A stretch of 32,000 nucleotides of DNA from Candidatus Nitrosopumilus koreensis AR1 (lineage in GTDB: Archaea > Thermoproteota > Nitrososphaeria > Nitrososphaerales > Nitrosopumilaceae): positions 1,500,001-1,532,000 of the forward strand of contig NC_018655.1 in NCBI RefSeq assembly GCF_000299365.1, written 5' to 3'. Both the position numbers and the translations under genes were made by a program. The notes under the pieces are model-generated. The model was not told the origin of the DNA. It worked only from the letters and a program-made list of their open reading frames with translations, and ran no database searches. Below are positions 1 through 10,383 of the stretch, piece after piece; the first letter of the stretch is position 1, and every line of letters starts with the position of its first letter.

Positions 1-999
1 AAGTACAATTTGTCCTTCTGTAATGTAACCAGTAAGGTCAGGAATTGGGTGAGTAATATCATCAGAAGGCATTGACAAGATTGGAACTTGCGTAACACTT
101 CCTTTCTTTCCATTTAGTTTTCCTGCTCTTTCATAAATTGTTGAAAGGTCTGTGTAAAGATAACCAGGATAACCTTTTCTTCCTGGTACTTCTTCTCTTG
201 CTGCACTAATCTCTCTTAGTGCTTCAGCATAGTTTGTCATATCTGTAAGAATTACTAGAACATGCATTCCTAATTCAAATGCCAAATATTCAGCGACTGT
301 CAATGCAACACGAGGAGTGATAATTCTCTCAATTGCAGGATCGTCTGCTGTGTTTAGAAATAGTACACTTCTTTTTAGAGCACCAGACTCTTCAAGACTT
401 CTTCTGAAATATTCTGCTTCACTGTATTGCACACCAATTGCTGCAAATACTACAGCAAAATCATCTTGTGTGCCAATTACACTTGCCTGTCTTGCAATTT
501 GTGCTGCTAACAGGTTGTGAGACATACCAGAACCTGAAAAGATTGGAAGTTTTTGTCCTCTAACCAGAGTAATCATTCCATCAATTACAGATACCCCAGT
601 TTGAATGAAATCTTTTGGATATTCACGTTGTTCTGGATTCATTGGTTCACCATTAATGTCAATAAATGAATCAGCAATTGGATCTGGAAGGCCATCTTTT
701 GGTCTACCTAAACCATCAAAGACTCTGCCAAGTACTTCTCTTGATACTGGCATTTCCATAACTTTGCCTACAAATTTTGCATTTGTTGCAGCAATAGACA
801 ATCCAGTTGTTCCCTCAAAGACTTGGACAATTGCTTTACCGTTTCCAACTTCGAGAACTTTACCTAATCTTCTTTCACCATCTTTAGTTTCAATTTCAAC
901 TAATTCGTCAAATGCTGCGTTTTCAACGTCATCTACAATAACTAGAGGACCTTTGATTTCTGCAATCTTACTGTATTGAACTCCGCCTTCTGTTGTCAA
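1..999 (-). CDS. atpB: A/V-type ATP synthase subunit B (partial, C-terminus beyond window)
   Basis: Manual minus-strand translation from a TTG at 999 gives (M)[37 protein letters not shown]...VFEGTTGLS...[22 protein letters not shown]...AEYFRRSLE, typical of ATPase subunit B. The TTG start overlaps the atpA TGA stop. Confidence 0.95.
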   Translation of the reverse strand, partial: MTTEGGVQYSKIAEIKGPLVIVDDVENAAFDELVEIETKDGERRLGKVLEVGNGKAIVQVFEGTTGLSIAATNAKFVGKVMEMPVSREVLGRVFDGLGRPKDGLPDPIADSFIDINGEPMNPEQREYPKDFIQTGVSVIDGMITLVRGQKLPIFSGSGMSHNLLAAQIARQASVIGTQDDFAVVFAAIGVQYSEAEYFRRSLEESGALKRSVLFLNTADDPAIERIITPRVALTVAEYLAFELGMHVLVILTDMTNYAEALREISAAREEVPGRKGYPGYLYTDLSTIYERAGKLNGKKGSVTQVPILSMPSDDITHPIPDLTGYITEGQIVL

Positions 1000-2774
1000 T
1001 TTGAAACTTTCACTCCCGTAATTGATTTGAATTCTGCTTGCATGTCTGCATCTAGTTGATCAAGTTTTGGCATCTCATCATCTTTGACATCCATTCTTGC
1101 TTTGAGAATTGAAGTAATGCTTGACATTGCGCGGATATCAGCAAGAGGAGTTCCTTCCTTGATTGCTTGTTGACCTTTTTTGTAAAAGTCAACTAGTAAT
1201 TTCATTAGTTTGTATTGTTTTTCTGGGCTACAATAAGTATCAACATCATCAAATGAGTTTTGTTGTAATAGACCAATCTTTACCATTCTTGCAACTTCAA
1301 GAATTAATTTTTCCTCATCTGGAAGTGCTTCAGGTCCTAATAGTCTGACAATTTCTTTTAGTGTATCTTCTCTTTGCAATACGCCATAAACTTCACTTCT
1401 GAGACTCAACCAATCTTCGTTGATGTTCTCACCCCACCACTTTGCAATATCTGCAAGGTAACCAGAATAGCTGTTCATCCAGTTAATTGATGGATAGTGT
1501 CTGGAATATGCTAGCTTTGCATCCAAAGCCCAGAAAGTTTTGATAAATCTCATGGTATGAGTTGTAACTGGCTCTGTAAAGTCACCACCAGATGGTGAAA
1601 CAGCACCAATCAAAGTTACAGAGCCATCACGGTCTGGACTTCCAGATGCTCTAACACGTCCTGCTCTTTCATAAAATTCTGCTAATCTTGATGCAAGATA
1701 TGATGGGTAACCTTCTTCTGCTGGCATCTCTTCTAATCTACCACTCATTTCTCTGAGTGCTTCAGCCCATCTACTTGTAGAATCTGCTACAAGTACAACG
1801 TCTTTACCCATATCTCTGTAATATTCTGCAATTGTTACACCAGTGTAGATACTTGCTTCTCTTGCTGCTACTGGCATGTTACTAGTATTTGCAACAAGTA
1901 CAGTTCTATCCATAAGTGGTTTTCCACTACGTGGGTCTTTGAGATGTGGGAATTCGACAAGTACTTCTGTCATTTCGTTTCCTCTTTCACCACAACCGAT
2001 GTAAACTACAACTTGTGAATCTGCCCATTTTGCAATTTGGTGTAATGTAACAGTCTTTCCGGTTCCAAATGCTCCAGGAATTGAACCTGTTCCACCTTTT
2101 GCAATTGGGAAGAATGTATCAATGACACGTTGTCCAGTAAGTAATGGGACTGTTGGATCGTATCTGTTCTTGTATGGACGTGGTTTTCGTACTGGCCATC
2201 TATGATACATTTTAAGTTCAACGGTTTGACCGTCACTCTCAGTTGTTGCCAATACAGTTTCTAAATCATAATCTCCTTCTGATACTAAGTTTGAAATCTT
2301 TCCACCTTTGTGGTCTGGTGGAACCATGATAGAGTGTTCAATAAGATCAGTCTCTTGTACAGTCCCAATAACATTTCCTGCTGCAACTTCATCGCCATTA
2401 CTAACTGATGGTACAAAGTGATATTTTTTGGTCATATCAACAGGGGTAGTTGTAATACCTCTTCCAATAAAGGAACCAGAAGCTTTTGATAATTCTCTTA
2501 GTGGTCTTTGAATTCCATCATAAAGTTGTCCAATAATTCCTGGACCTAACAAAACGCTGAGTGGGTTTCCTGTACCAACTACAGGTTCACCTGGTTTTAA
2601 TCCACTTGTTGATTCGTAAACTTGGATAAATGCTACATCTCCAGTTAATCTAATTACTTCACCTACTAATTTTGAATCTCCTACAGTTACAGTTTCATAC
2701 ATCTTTGCTTCAGACATACCATCAGCCCTAACTGCAGGACCACTTACCCAAACAATTCTACCTTGAGCTGCCAT
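996..2774 (-). CDS. atpA: A/V-type ATP synthase catalytic subunit A
   Basis: 592-aa ORF with P-loop [48 protein letters not shown]. Confidence 0.98.
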   Translation of the reverse strand: MAAQGRIVWVSGPAVRADGMSEAKMYETVTVGDSKLVGEVIRLTGDVAFIQVYESTSGLKPGEPVVGTGNPLSVLLGPGIIGQLYDGIQRPLRELSKASGSFIGRGITTTPVDMTKKYHFVPSVSNGDEVAAGNVIGTVQETDLIEHSIMVPPDHKGGKISNLVSEGDYDLETVLATTESDGQTVELKMYHRWPVRKPRPYKNRYDPTVPLLTGQRVIDTFFPIAKGGTGSIPGAFGTGKTVTLHQIAKWADSQVVVYIGCGERGNEMTEVLVEFPHLKDPRSGKPLMDRTVLVANTSNMPVAAREASIYTGVTIAEYYRDMGKDVVLVADSTSRWAEALREMSGRLEEMPAEEGYPSYLASRLAEFYERAGRVRASGSPDRDGSVTLIGAVSPSGGDFTEPVTTHTMRFIKTFWALDAKLAYSRHYPSINWMNSYSGYLADIAKWWGENINEDWLSLRSEVYGVLQREDTLKEIVRLLGPEALPDEEKLILEVARMVKIGLLQQNSFDDVDTYCSPEKQYKLMKLLVDFYKKGQQAIKEGTPLADIRAMSSITSILKARMDVKDDEMPKLDQLDADMQAEFKSITGVKVSN

Positions 2775-3389
2775 CTATTCTCCTACTCCGAATTTGGATG
2801 CAATCTCTTTCCTTATTAAAGGCTTCAGACGTTCAATTCTTGCATCGATCGTATTGTCAAATGTCATTGCACCATCTTTTGATTTTACAACAACACCACC
2901 AAGACAATCAATTGTATCAGAAGACATTTCAGCTCCTGAAAATTGTGACAAAGTTGATTGAACCACATCTTTGTCTTTTGCATTTGTAGAAACTGTAATT
3001 TCTGAAGTTCCCAAGATTTGAGTTGCTTCTTCAATCATAGTTTTAATCAAATTTGAATAATCACCACTACGATCAGTATTTGCAATTTGATCGAGTGCTT
3101 TAGAAAATACTTTGGTAACTGCCTCTTCTAATGCCATTAATTGCTTGTTTCTAGCCTCAATATCGGCACTTCCGATAATCTGTTTTTCAATTTTTTCAGC
3201 TTCTTTTTTACCATCTGAGAGAATTTTATCATATTCAGCCTCTAATTTAGGAACAGAATCATCAAGATTTTTTTGTGAATCATCAAGTGCTGATTTGATA
3301 TTTGAAAGGACATCATTTTCAGTATTTTTTAGAATTTTGTCAATCGTAACTTCTAAAGAATTAGATGTCAATGGGTGCCGTTCATCCAT
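2775..3389 (-). CDS. atpE: A/V-type ATP synthase subunit E
   Basis: 204-aa charged coiled-coil ORF directly upstream of atpA; C-terminal '...DCLGGVVVKSKDGAMTFDNTIDARIERLKPLIRKEIASKFG' is typical of subunit E. Confidence 0.88.
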   Translation of the reverse strand: MDERHPLTSNSLEVTIDKILKNTENDVLSNIKSALDDSQKNLDDSVPKLEAEYDKILSDGKKEAEKIEKQIIGSADIEARNKQLMALEEAVTKVFSKALDQIANTDRSGDYSNLIKTMIEEATQILGTSEITVSTNAKDKDVVQSTLSQFSGAEMSSDTIDCLGGVVVKSKDGAMTFDNTIDARIERLKPLIRKEIASKFGVGE

Positions 3390-3461
3390 AATAGATTTTA
3401 ATGTTTGGGAAAGATGACATCAGAAAGATATTAAACTCAATGAAAATACCCAAAATTTGTC

Positions 3462-5561
3462 TTGGGAACAGCCGATCTGAAACTTGGAAGTGTAATTTTG
3501 CCAAGAAGCGAGTCTCCAAAAGCAATTTCAAGATTAACTGAGTTTGAATGGTATCACAAAGTAGATTCTGCAAATGATCTGGTAACCCCTGAAATAGATG
3601 ATCTTTTGTTAAAAGCACAACAAACATTCCAATCAATTGATGATGTTGTAAAAGGAATGGGAATTCCTTTGACTGTTGGAATTATGGAGATCATGTTCAA
3701 GGGAACTGTAATCAAGAAAAAAGACTATGAAATTAATGAAATTGAAGAGATGGTAGCAGACTTAGAAAAAGAAGCACCATCAATTATCGAAGAACCGGCA
3801 AAATTACTTGAAGAGGCTGCAAATACTAGAACATCAATTGATGAATATACCTCGCTCAAAGAAACCCTAGAAATCATCAAGAAGTTAAACATGGATATTT
3901 CTGGATTTGGTTTAATGAAATATTTTTTCACAAATCTCTTTGTTATTGACACTGCAGATTATGACGAAATTAATCGCTCTCTTGAAGGCATTACAATTTA
4001 CAAATATGACTTGGATAACAAGGAAAAATCTGCAATTCTAGTAATTTCAGATACTGCAGATTCTGAAAAAGTTCTCAAAGTCTTAAGAAGTTTCAACTCC
4101 AATTCATTTAAAATTCCAGAAGGGTTCCCACAAGTTCCCAGTGAGGCATATGCACTTGCTGAATCAAAAATTAAAGAATTAACTGAGAAACAAACAAAGA
4201 TCAAAAAACAGTTAGCAGGATTAACAAAGAAAAACAGACGGGATATTTTGGCTATTCATGAGAAAGCCATGGTTGCAAAGGATGTTCTTGAAACCTTGAG
4301 AAAACCAGGTGGAACCAAAAATTTTGCAGTGATACAGGGGTTCATTCCAGCAAAGATGGAATCAGAGTTCAAAGATTCAACAAAACAATGGACATCAGTT
4401 GTAGAAGACATTACTGATCCAAAACTAAAGGAACAGATTCCAACATTATTTGACAATAAGAGATTTGTTAGAACATTTGAAGTAATTACAAAAAGTCAGG
4501 GAATTCCAAAAGCAGGAGAACCAGACCCTACACCAATGATTGCACTAATGTGGCCAATTTTCTATGGACTGATGTTTGCAGATATGGGTCACGGATTATT
4601 ACTCATGGGAATGGGACTTTTGTTCAAAGTAAAAGGACAAGGAGAGCTTTCTAGATGGGGAATGCTCATTGCAATTTCTGGTGCAGCAGCAGCAATAGCT
4701 GGTGTGGGTGCAGGGGAAGCGTTTGGCTATCACCTTGATCACATGGGCCCATTTGAAGGATTGTTAGAAGAAGGTGGAGCACTACATTCAGTCAGTTGGT
4801 TAGTAGGAATCCTGAGTGTTGCAGAATTAACATTTGAACAAGTAATTGATATTCTTAAAGTTTCATTATTCTTAGGAATTGTACATCTTGTTTGGGCAAT
4901 GACTTTGAGAATTATCAGATTAGCTAAAGAAGGACACAAGATGGTAATGTTTACTGAAGCAATTCCAAACATCACACTTTATGGCGGAATTGTCGTTATC
5001 ATGATGTGTGCAATTGGTTCACAATATGATGTAATGAACATGTATTCTAAAGTTCACACAGAATCAGTTCCATGGGTTACAATGTTCTTAGGTGATTGGG
5101 CCCAAGTATGGATTGTAACTAGAATTGCAGTAATTACAGTAATTGCATCAATGGTTATCATGATGGTTGGCGGCGTAATGCACGCAAAGAAACATCCAGA
5201 AGACGGCGCAGATCCTGCAAGTGTTATCATGGAAGTATTACTTGGAAAAACAGTAGAAAGTTTAGCTCACACAATTAGTTATGCCCGACTTGGAATTATG
5301 TTACTGGTACACGCGGCGCTATTATTGACAGTAAACAATGCATTCGTCTCACTTGGGGGAGCAGAATCTGGAGGTGCAATGGCAATGATAATTGGAGGAA
5401 ACTTGGGAATTATGATGATTGAAGGATTAATCGTGTACATTCAGTCACTCAGGCTGCACTTGTATGAATTCTTTACAAAGTGGTATGTGGGCGGTTCACA
5501 GTCATTTAGACAAATCAGACCAGAATTGATTTACAACCAATTTATTTGGAAAAGAAAATAA
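3462..5561 (+). CDS. atpI: A/V-type ATP synthase subunit I (membrane a subunit)
   Basis: 699-aa ORF (TTG start) with PxPTPMIALMWPIFYGLMFADMGHG and multiple C-terminal TM helices, characteristic of V-ATPase 116 kDa / subunit I. Confidence 0.95.
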   Translation: MGTADLKLGSVILPRSESPKAISRLTEFEWYHKVDSANDLVTPEIDDLLLKAQQTFQSIDDVVKGMGIPLTVGIMEIMFKGTVIKKKDYEINEIEEMVADLEKEAPSIIEEPAKLLEEAANTRTSIDEYTSLKETLEIIKKLNMDISGFGLMKYFFTNLFVIDTADYDEINRSLEGITIYKYDLDNKEKSAILVISDTADSEKVLKVLRSFNSNSFKIPEGFPQVPSEAYALAESKIKELTEKQTKIKKQLAGLTKKNRRDILAIHEKAMVAKDVLETLRKPGGTKNFAVIQGFIPAKMESEFKDSTKQWTSVVEDITDPKLKEQIPTLFDNKRFVRTFEVITKSQGIPKAGEPDPTPMIALMWPIFYGLMFADMGHGLLLMGMGLLFKVKGQGELSRWGMLIAISGAAAAIAGVGAGEAFGYHLDHMGPFEGLLEEGGALHSVSWLVGILSVAELTFEQVIDILKVSLFLGIVHLVWAMTLRIIRLAKEGHKMVMFTEAIPNITLYGGIVVIMMCAIGSQYDVMNMYSKVHTESVPWVTMFLGDWAQVWIVTRIAVITVIASMVIMMVGGVMHAKKHPEDGADPASVIMEVLLGKTVESLAHTISYARLGIMLLVHAALLLTVNNAFVSLGGAESGGAMAMIIGGNLGIMMIEGLIVYIQSLRLHLYEFFTKWYVGGSQSFRQIRPELIYNQFIWKRK

Positions 5562-5579
5562 AATTTAAAAAAAAGAATC

Positions 5580-5744
5580 TTAGTTACCTTTAGCTTTATC
5601 GTGTCCTTTTTTGGCAGCATCCTTTGTTCCTTCATATCCTTTGGTTCCAAGTTCTGCACCTTTTTCAACACCTTTCTTACCAAGGTCGGCTCCCTTTTCA
5701 ACACCTTTTTCAGCAGTGTCTTTGAGTTTTTTTAGAAATCCCAT
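5580..5744 (-). CDS. Small Lys/Gly/Glu-rich LEA-like repeat protein
   Basis: The 62-aa ORF in the track has a likely internal start at MGFLKKLKDTAEKGVEKGADLGKKGVEKGAELGTKGYEGTKDAAKKGHDKAKGN. Imperfect 8-12 residue repeats (EKGADLGKKG / EKGAELGTKG). Confidence 0.6.
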   Translation of the reverse strand: MGFLKKLKDTAEKGVEKGADLGKKGVEKGAELGTKGYEGTKDAAKKGHDKAKGN

Positions 5745-5797
5745 GTTGAATATAGTGATATGATACATAAAAAGATCTGTGAGATTTCAAACAAGGA

Positions 5798-6574
5798 TTA
5801 CTGTTTTACTGGAAGTTCCAATCTGTTTCCCCATTCACCCCAAGAACCAAGGTAAACTTTGACATTTTCAAATCCAAGTTTTTTCAAAACCAAAAATGTG
5901 TTGGCAGCCCTATATGCACCCTGACAATAAGTTACAATTTCAGTATCTTTTGGATAATCATACATTTTTGATAATTCATCATCGTTTTTGAAAGTCCCAT
6001 CTTCTTTGAGGTTTTTATTCCAGTCAATATTGATTGCATTTGGAATATGACCTGATCTAGCAGCACGAATTGTATCTCCATCATATTCTCCAGAGGAACG
6101 AACATCAAGAATTTTGAGATTTGTAAGATTGTCCCGGATATATTCAAATCCAGAAATTATGCCAGTGTTGATTTTGCCTGAAAATTCAGATGGTTTGAAA
6201 CCGTTTGGTTTTATTTCAAGTGGAAGATTTTCCTTTTGCCATTTTGTGATCCCACCATCAAGCATCATAACATTTTGATGAGAAAAATACATCAACATCC
6301 AAACACCTCTAGCTGCAAGCATTCCAGAAACTGAATCATAAAAGATGACTTTTTTTTCAGGTGTTACTCCAAGAAAAGATAGTAATGATTTTGACTGGTT
6401 ATTGAAATTCTCAATTCCTTGTCTTGTAGTATCAATCCAATGAAATGCAAATAGATCCAAATGAACTGCTCCTGGAATATGACCTTCAGAATATTCTTTG
6501 AAAGAACGAGTATCAGTAAGAATTACATCAGGATCATTTAGAATAGAATCTAGTTTGGTTGTTGAGATTAACAT
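5798..6574 (-). CDS. Rhodanese-type thiosulfate/3-mercaptopyruvate sulfurtransferase
   Basis: 258-aa two-domain rhodanese; DTRSFKEYSEGHIPGAVHLD and active-site loop YCQGAYRAAN. Confidence 0.92.
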   Translation of the reverse strand: MLISTTKLDSILNDPDVILTDTRSFKEYSEGHIPGAVHLDLFAFHWIDTTRQGIENFNNQSKSLLSFLGVTPEKKVIFYDSVSGMLAARGVWMLMYFSHQNVMMLDGGITKWQKENLPLEIKPNGFKPSEFSGKINTGIISGFEYIRDNLTNLKILDVRSSGEYDGDTIRAARSGHIPNAINIDWNKNLKEDGTFKNDDELSKMYDYPKDTEIVTYCQGAYRAANTFLVLKKLGFENVKVYLGSWGEWGNRLELPVKQ

Positions 6575-6646
6575 GAATTGGATAAAATGATCAAATCTAA
6601 ATTGATTTGGATTAAATAATAAAAAGAAGAAAAGAAAAGGGTTTTT

Positions 6647-8209
6647 CTATTCGTTTACGTATGCTCTTTCTCCGTGCTGAGCCAAATCGAGACCAATCTC
6701 CTCTTCTTTAGGAGTGACTCTGATTCCGCCAGGCCATACGGCATCCATTACTTTGAGAATTACTATGGTAACACCAAAGGCATAGCCTATTGATATTGCA
6801 GCACCAATGATGCTGATTGCTTGCTGTTCCATTCCTTCTGCAGTGCCAGTCCATGCACCAATACCGTCTCCAGTATCCCAGATGTGTGGACTTGCTAATG
6901 TACCAGTTAAAATTGCACCTGTAAGACCACCCATTCCGTGTACTCCCCATACATCTAATGCGTCATCCCACTTGCGTGAATTTTTGAATGCTACACTTGC
7001 ATAACAAATTGTACCAGCTGCAATACCGATAATAATTGCAGCCATTGGACCTACCCAACCTGAAGCTGGAGTAATTGCTACTAATCCTGCTACTGCACCT
7101 GATGCTGCACCAACAATACTTGGTTTTCCTGTATGTGCCCATGACATCAAGACCCAAGTAACTGCAGCCATACCAGTTGCGGTATTTGTAACAGTCCATG
7201 CGCTGACGGTAATGCCGTCTACCATTACTTCACTTCCTGCGTTGAAACCAAACCATCCAAACCATAGGATACCTGCACCGAGGACAACCATTGGGATGTT
7301 GTGTGGTTCCATTGGCACTTTGCCATATCCAAGTCTTCTGCCAAGGACTAAGGCTCCTGCCAATGCAGCAAATCCTGAAGAAATGTGTACTACAGTACCA
7401 CCAGCAAAGTCTAATGCATACGATGGTGATAGATCTGGATTGAGGTCTATTGCACCTCCTCCTATGTATCCTCCTCCCCAGACCCAATGTGCTATTGGAT
7501 CATAAACGAAGGTTCCCCATAAGAGTACGAATATGACTAATGCGCTGAATTTGATTCTGTCAATCAAACCACCAATAATTAGAACTGGTGTGATGATAGC
7601 GAATGTTGCTTGGAACATTGCAAATAATTGGTGAGGTACAGTACCTGGCCAACCTTGACTACAATATTCACCGTCTACCATCGCATTCATTTGATAAGCT
7701 GCAGACCATGTGTCAGCACAAGGACCCACTTCACCTAATGGTGCATAGTGAGATACCATGTTGAATCCAACATAATCTAAGTTACCCATGAACATGTTTG
7801 CGTCATTATCAATTCCGCCAAATGCTAGTGAGTATCCCCATAGAACCCATTGTACTGACATGAGACCCATAACAATGAGAGTCATACCAAGTACGTTGAC
7901 GATGTTCTTTGATCTGGCTAAGCCACCATAAAAGAAACCGACACCTGGAGACATGAAGAGTACTAATGATGTTGCTGTGAGCATCCATGCTGTATCACCT
8001 GTATCAATAAGACAAGGTAGCATGTTGCCTTCGCCATCATCATACCAACATTCGTTAGGATTGCCAGTGTAAATTCCACTGGTTCCTGCGACATATCCGT
8101 CCATACCATCTTCAACACTTTGTGCATATGCCTGTGACATTGCACCTGCTGCTGTGATGGATACTGCGGCTACAAGTAATAGAGCATACTTGTAGTTCCT
8201 AGAATTCAT
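6647..8209 (-). CDS. amt: Ammonium transporter (Amt family)
   Basis: 520-aa ORF; signal-like N-terminus followed by DTAWMLTATSLVLFMSPGVGFFYGGLARSKN, GGTVVHISSGFAALAGALVLGRR, WFGWFGFNAGS, DVWGVHGMGGLTGAILTG. Confidence 0.97.
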   Translation of the reverse strand: MNSRNYKYALLLVAAVSITAAGAMSQAYAQSVEDGMDGYVAGTSGIYTGNPNECWYDDGEGNMLPCLIDTGDTAWMLTATSLVLFMSPGVGFFYGGLARSKNIVNVLGMTLIVMGLMSVQWVLWGYSLAFGGIDNDANMFMGNLDYVGFNMVSHYAPLGEVGPCADTWSAAYQMNAMVDGEYCSQGWPGTVPHQLFAMFQATFAIITPVLIIGGLIDRIKFSALVIFVLLWGTFVYDPIAHWVWGGGYIGGGAIDLNPDLSPSYALDFAGGTVVHISSGFAALAGALVLGRRLGYGKVPMEPHNIPMVVLGAGILWFGWFGFNAGSEVMVDGITVSAWTVTNTATGMAAVTWVLMSWAHTGKPSIVGAASGAVAGLVAITPASGWVGPMAAIIIGIAAGTICYASVAFKNSRKWDDALDVWGVHGMGGLTGAILTGTLASPHIWDTGDGIGAWTGTAEGMEQQAISIIGAAISIGYAFGVTIVILKVMDAVWPGGIRVTPKEEEIGLDLAQHGERAYVNE

Positions 8210-8338
8210 TGAATTTATCGAAATTGGATTTTATTTAAGGGTTGGAGACTCCAAAATATTTAAAAAAGTAAATTATTATATTTTAGTATATTCTGATAGT
8301 AACATAAAATATGAAAATTATGTTAATGGGACACGAAC

Positions 8339-9004
8339 ATGGGAAAATCAGAAACTAAACTAGCAATATTTGATACTTTCAAAACCAAGGGAGATGATCT
8401 AACAGGAGAAGCTCAACGACAGAGAGCGATCATAGGAATTCTTGCAAGTAATGCCAATCCGGCTGAAAGAACCAGAACAGGGATCTCACAAAAAATGGCA
8501 AAGAAACAAGGAATTGCTTGGAAGAATATCTATTCAGGTATTTTTCGAGATTTAGATGAAATTCTCCTCCCAATGGGAATTGCAGAAGAAGACGGAAGAT
8601 TGCCTCTACAAAGAGGACCTAAAGCTCTGCAGGAAAAAGGCATTCCATACTATCACCTTACAAAGAGAGGGATTTTAATTGCTCTTTCAATAAATGATGT
8701 CAAAAATAGGGAAAATTTACTAGCTGAGTTTTTTGCAAAGTCTGAACCTAAAGAAAAAGAGTTTGAGAAAATTCTATCCAGTCTTTTAGAGACTAGCCCT
8801 AACTTCACATATTCAATTTTTCAAAAATATGTTAAGGCATTTTGTGATAATAAAATCAAGGACCTTCTGCCATTTGATCTCTCAAAATTAAGATACATTG
8901 GAGATGAATCATTAATTATTCAAAAAGAGATTCTATCAGCCTTTGTCAAACTCTCAAAACAAGAAAAAGAAGACGCCATCAAATTTCTTGATAAAATCAC
9001 TTAG
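8339..9004 (+). CDS. Conserved hypothetical protein with probable winged-helix N-terminal region
   Basis: 221-aa ORF; RTRTGISQKMAKKQGIAWKNIYSGIFRDLDEILLPMGIAEEDGR...YYHLTKRGILIALSI resembles a wHTH layout. Family not recognised with certainty. Confidence 0.6.
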   Translation: MGKSETKLAIFDTFKTKGDDLTGEAQRQRAIIGILASNANPAERTRTGISQKMAKKQGIAWKNIYSGIFRDLDEILLPMGIAEEDGRLPLQRGPKALQEKGIPYYHLTKRGILIALSINDVKNRENLLAEFFAKSEPKEKEFEKILSSLLETSPNFTYSIFQKYVKAFCDNKIKDLLPFDLSKLRYIGDESLIIQKEILSAFVKLSKQEKEDAIKFLDKIT

Positions 9005-9065
9005 AATTTGTTCCTAAACTAGATCGCCAAACATTAAAATCCGTTGCCTATTGAGATTGATCGAA

Positions 9066-10103
9066 ATGGGCGGTTCTAAGAATGTCTATGCTTCTGTTAA
9101 GGCCTACAGTAAAAGGGGTAAATTACTAACTAAAGCAGATTTTCAAACATTAGCAGAATCTAGAGATTTAGAGGAGTTAATGACTAGAATCAAAAATACT
9201 GTTTATGGAGAAGCAGTAGCAGATGTCCAAAAGCCATTTACCTCTCAGAGTATCGAATCTGCCCTAAGAAGTAAATTAGCAGATATCCATTATTCTATTG
9301 CAAAAACATCAGGAAACTCTGGTGTACTTGATGCATATTACATGAAATTCATTGTCTCAAATCTAAAACAAATTCTAAAAGGCAAGGTATTAGGAAAATC
9401 GCAAGAAGAGATTGAAACTCATGTAAATTTGCATGCTGAAGAATTAATCAAACAAAGAGATATTGTTGTCAAAGCTTTGGTTGCCAAAGATTTTGAAGAA
9501 GCAGTTGCAAGTCTAAACTCTGTTCAGTTTGGAGAAGAAATTGCAAAAGCAGCAGCGCTATACAATGAGAAGAAGAACGTCCAAATTATTGACACCTATT
9601 TTGATAAAATTCTATATCAACATCTAGCTGGCGCAATGAAGAATTATTCTGACAAAGAAGCAACAAAATTAGTTGCAATGGATATTGACTTTTACAATAT
9701 TCTCAGTGTTATTAGAGGAAAGTTTTGGGGATTGCAAGAAGACCAAATTCAAGATTTGATAATTCACACAAGTCCACCTGCAAGAGAATTGCTTGGAAGA
9801 ATGATGGCAGCAGGAACTGTCAGAGATGCATTCAATGAATTATCCAGTACAAAATACAAAGAACTTGTACCACAAGTTGAAAATGAATTAGATGCAATTG
9901 CTGAATTTGAAAGAGCCTTTGAGATGATGATCTATAGAACATCACTTAGATCATTTACAAAGATGTTTAGCTTTGCAACAATTGTTGGGATTACCAAATT
10001 AACATCATTTGAGGTAAGAAATCTAGCCGCCATTGCTTTTGCAGTGGAACAAAAGATTCCAACTGAGACAACAATGTCAAAATTAATCCTAGAAGAAGAA
10101 TAG
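9066..10103 (+). CDS. atpC: A/V-type ATP synthase subunit C (AC39 family)
   Basis: ORF 9051..10103 with a likely ATG start at 9066 (MGGSKNVYASVKAYSKRGKLLTKADF). Layout and C-terminal 'NLAAIAFAVEQKIP' fit AC39-type subunit C. Confidence 0.85.
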   Translation: MGGSKNVYASVKAYSKRGKLLTKADFQTLAESRDLEELMTRIKNTVYGEAVADVQKPFTSQSIESALRSKLADIHYSIAKTSGNSGVLDAYYMKFIVSNLKQILKGKVLGKSQEEIETHVNLHAEELIKQRDIVVKALVAKDFEEAVASLNSVQFGEEIAKAAALYNEKKNVQIIDTYFDKILYQHLAGAMKNYSDKEATKLVAMDIDFYNILSVIRGKFWGLQEDQIQDLIIHTSPPARELLGRMMAAGTVRDAFNELSSTKYKELVPQVENELDAIAEFERAFEMMIYRTSLRSFTKMFSFATIVGITKLTSFEVRNLAAIAFAVEQKIPTETTMSKLILEEE

Positions 10104-10113
10104 GAATTCTGAG

Positions 10114-10350
10114 ATGTTTAATCCTTCAAAGAAAAAAACCAATGTTTCTGCAGAAGTTTTAGTAAATACAATCTGGGTTAGTTCATTTTTGGCAATGATT
10201 TTCACATTGCCACCATTAGGACTATTCCTAGGAATCTACTTTATCACAGGCGAATTAGTCATTGGGGCTGTAATTGGTTTTGGAGTACATTTTGTGATAC
10301 TAGCATTTTCAGGCAGGATTTCAAAGGCCATTACCAAGATCATGAGCTAA
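10114..10350 (+). CDS. Small two-TM membrane protein
   Basis: 78-aa ORF with hydrophobic segments VNTIWVSSFLAMIFTLPPLGLFLGIYFI and VIGAVIGFGVHFVILAFSG, closely spaced after atpC. Confidence 0.7.
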   Translation: MFNPSKKKTNVSAEVLVNTIWVSSFLAMIFTLPPLGLFLGIYFITGELVIGAVIGFGVHFVILAFSGRISKAITKIMS

Positions 10351-10383
10351 ACCTTAAGAGATGAAAGGAGAAGGTAATGCATC

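Noticed and set aside
317-979. Plus-strand ORFs 317..520 and 605..979
   Set aside because: Antisense to the strongly supported atpB coding sequence; low-complexity Ser-rich shadow translations.
1163-2236. ORFs 1163..1348 and 2006..2236 on minus strand
   Set aside because: Out-of-frame within atpA, whose 592-aa product is clearly real.
3382-3636. 84-aa minus ORF in the atpE/atpI divergent region
   Set aside because: Covers the start of atpI antisense and overlaps the promoter region; composition not protein-like.
7212-7505. 97-aa plus-strand ORF (Pro-rich)
   Set aside because: Antisense to the conserved amt gene; no independent coding evidence.
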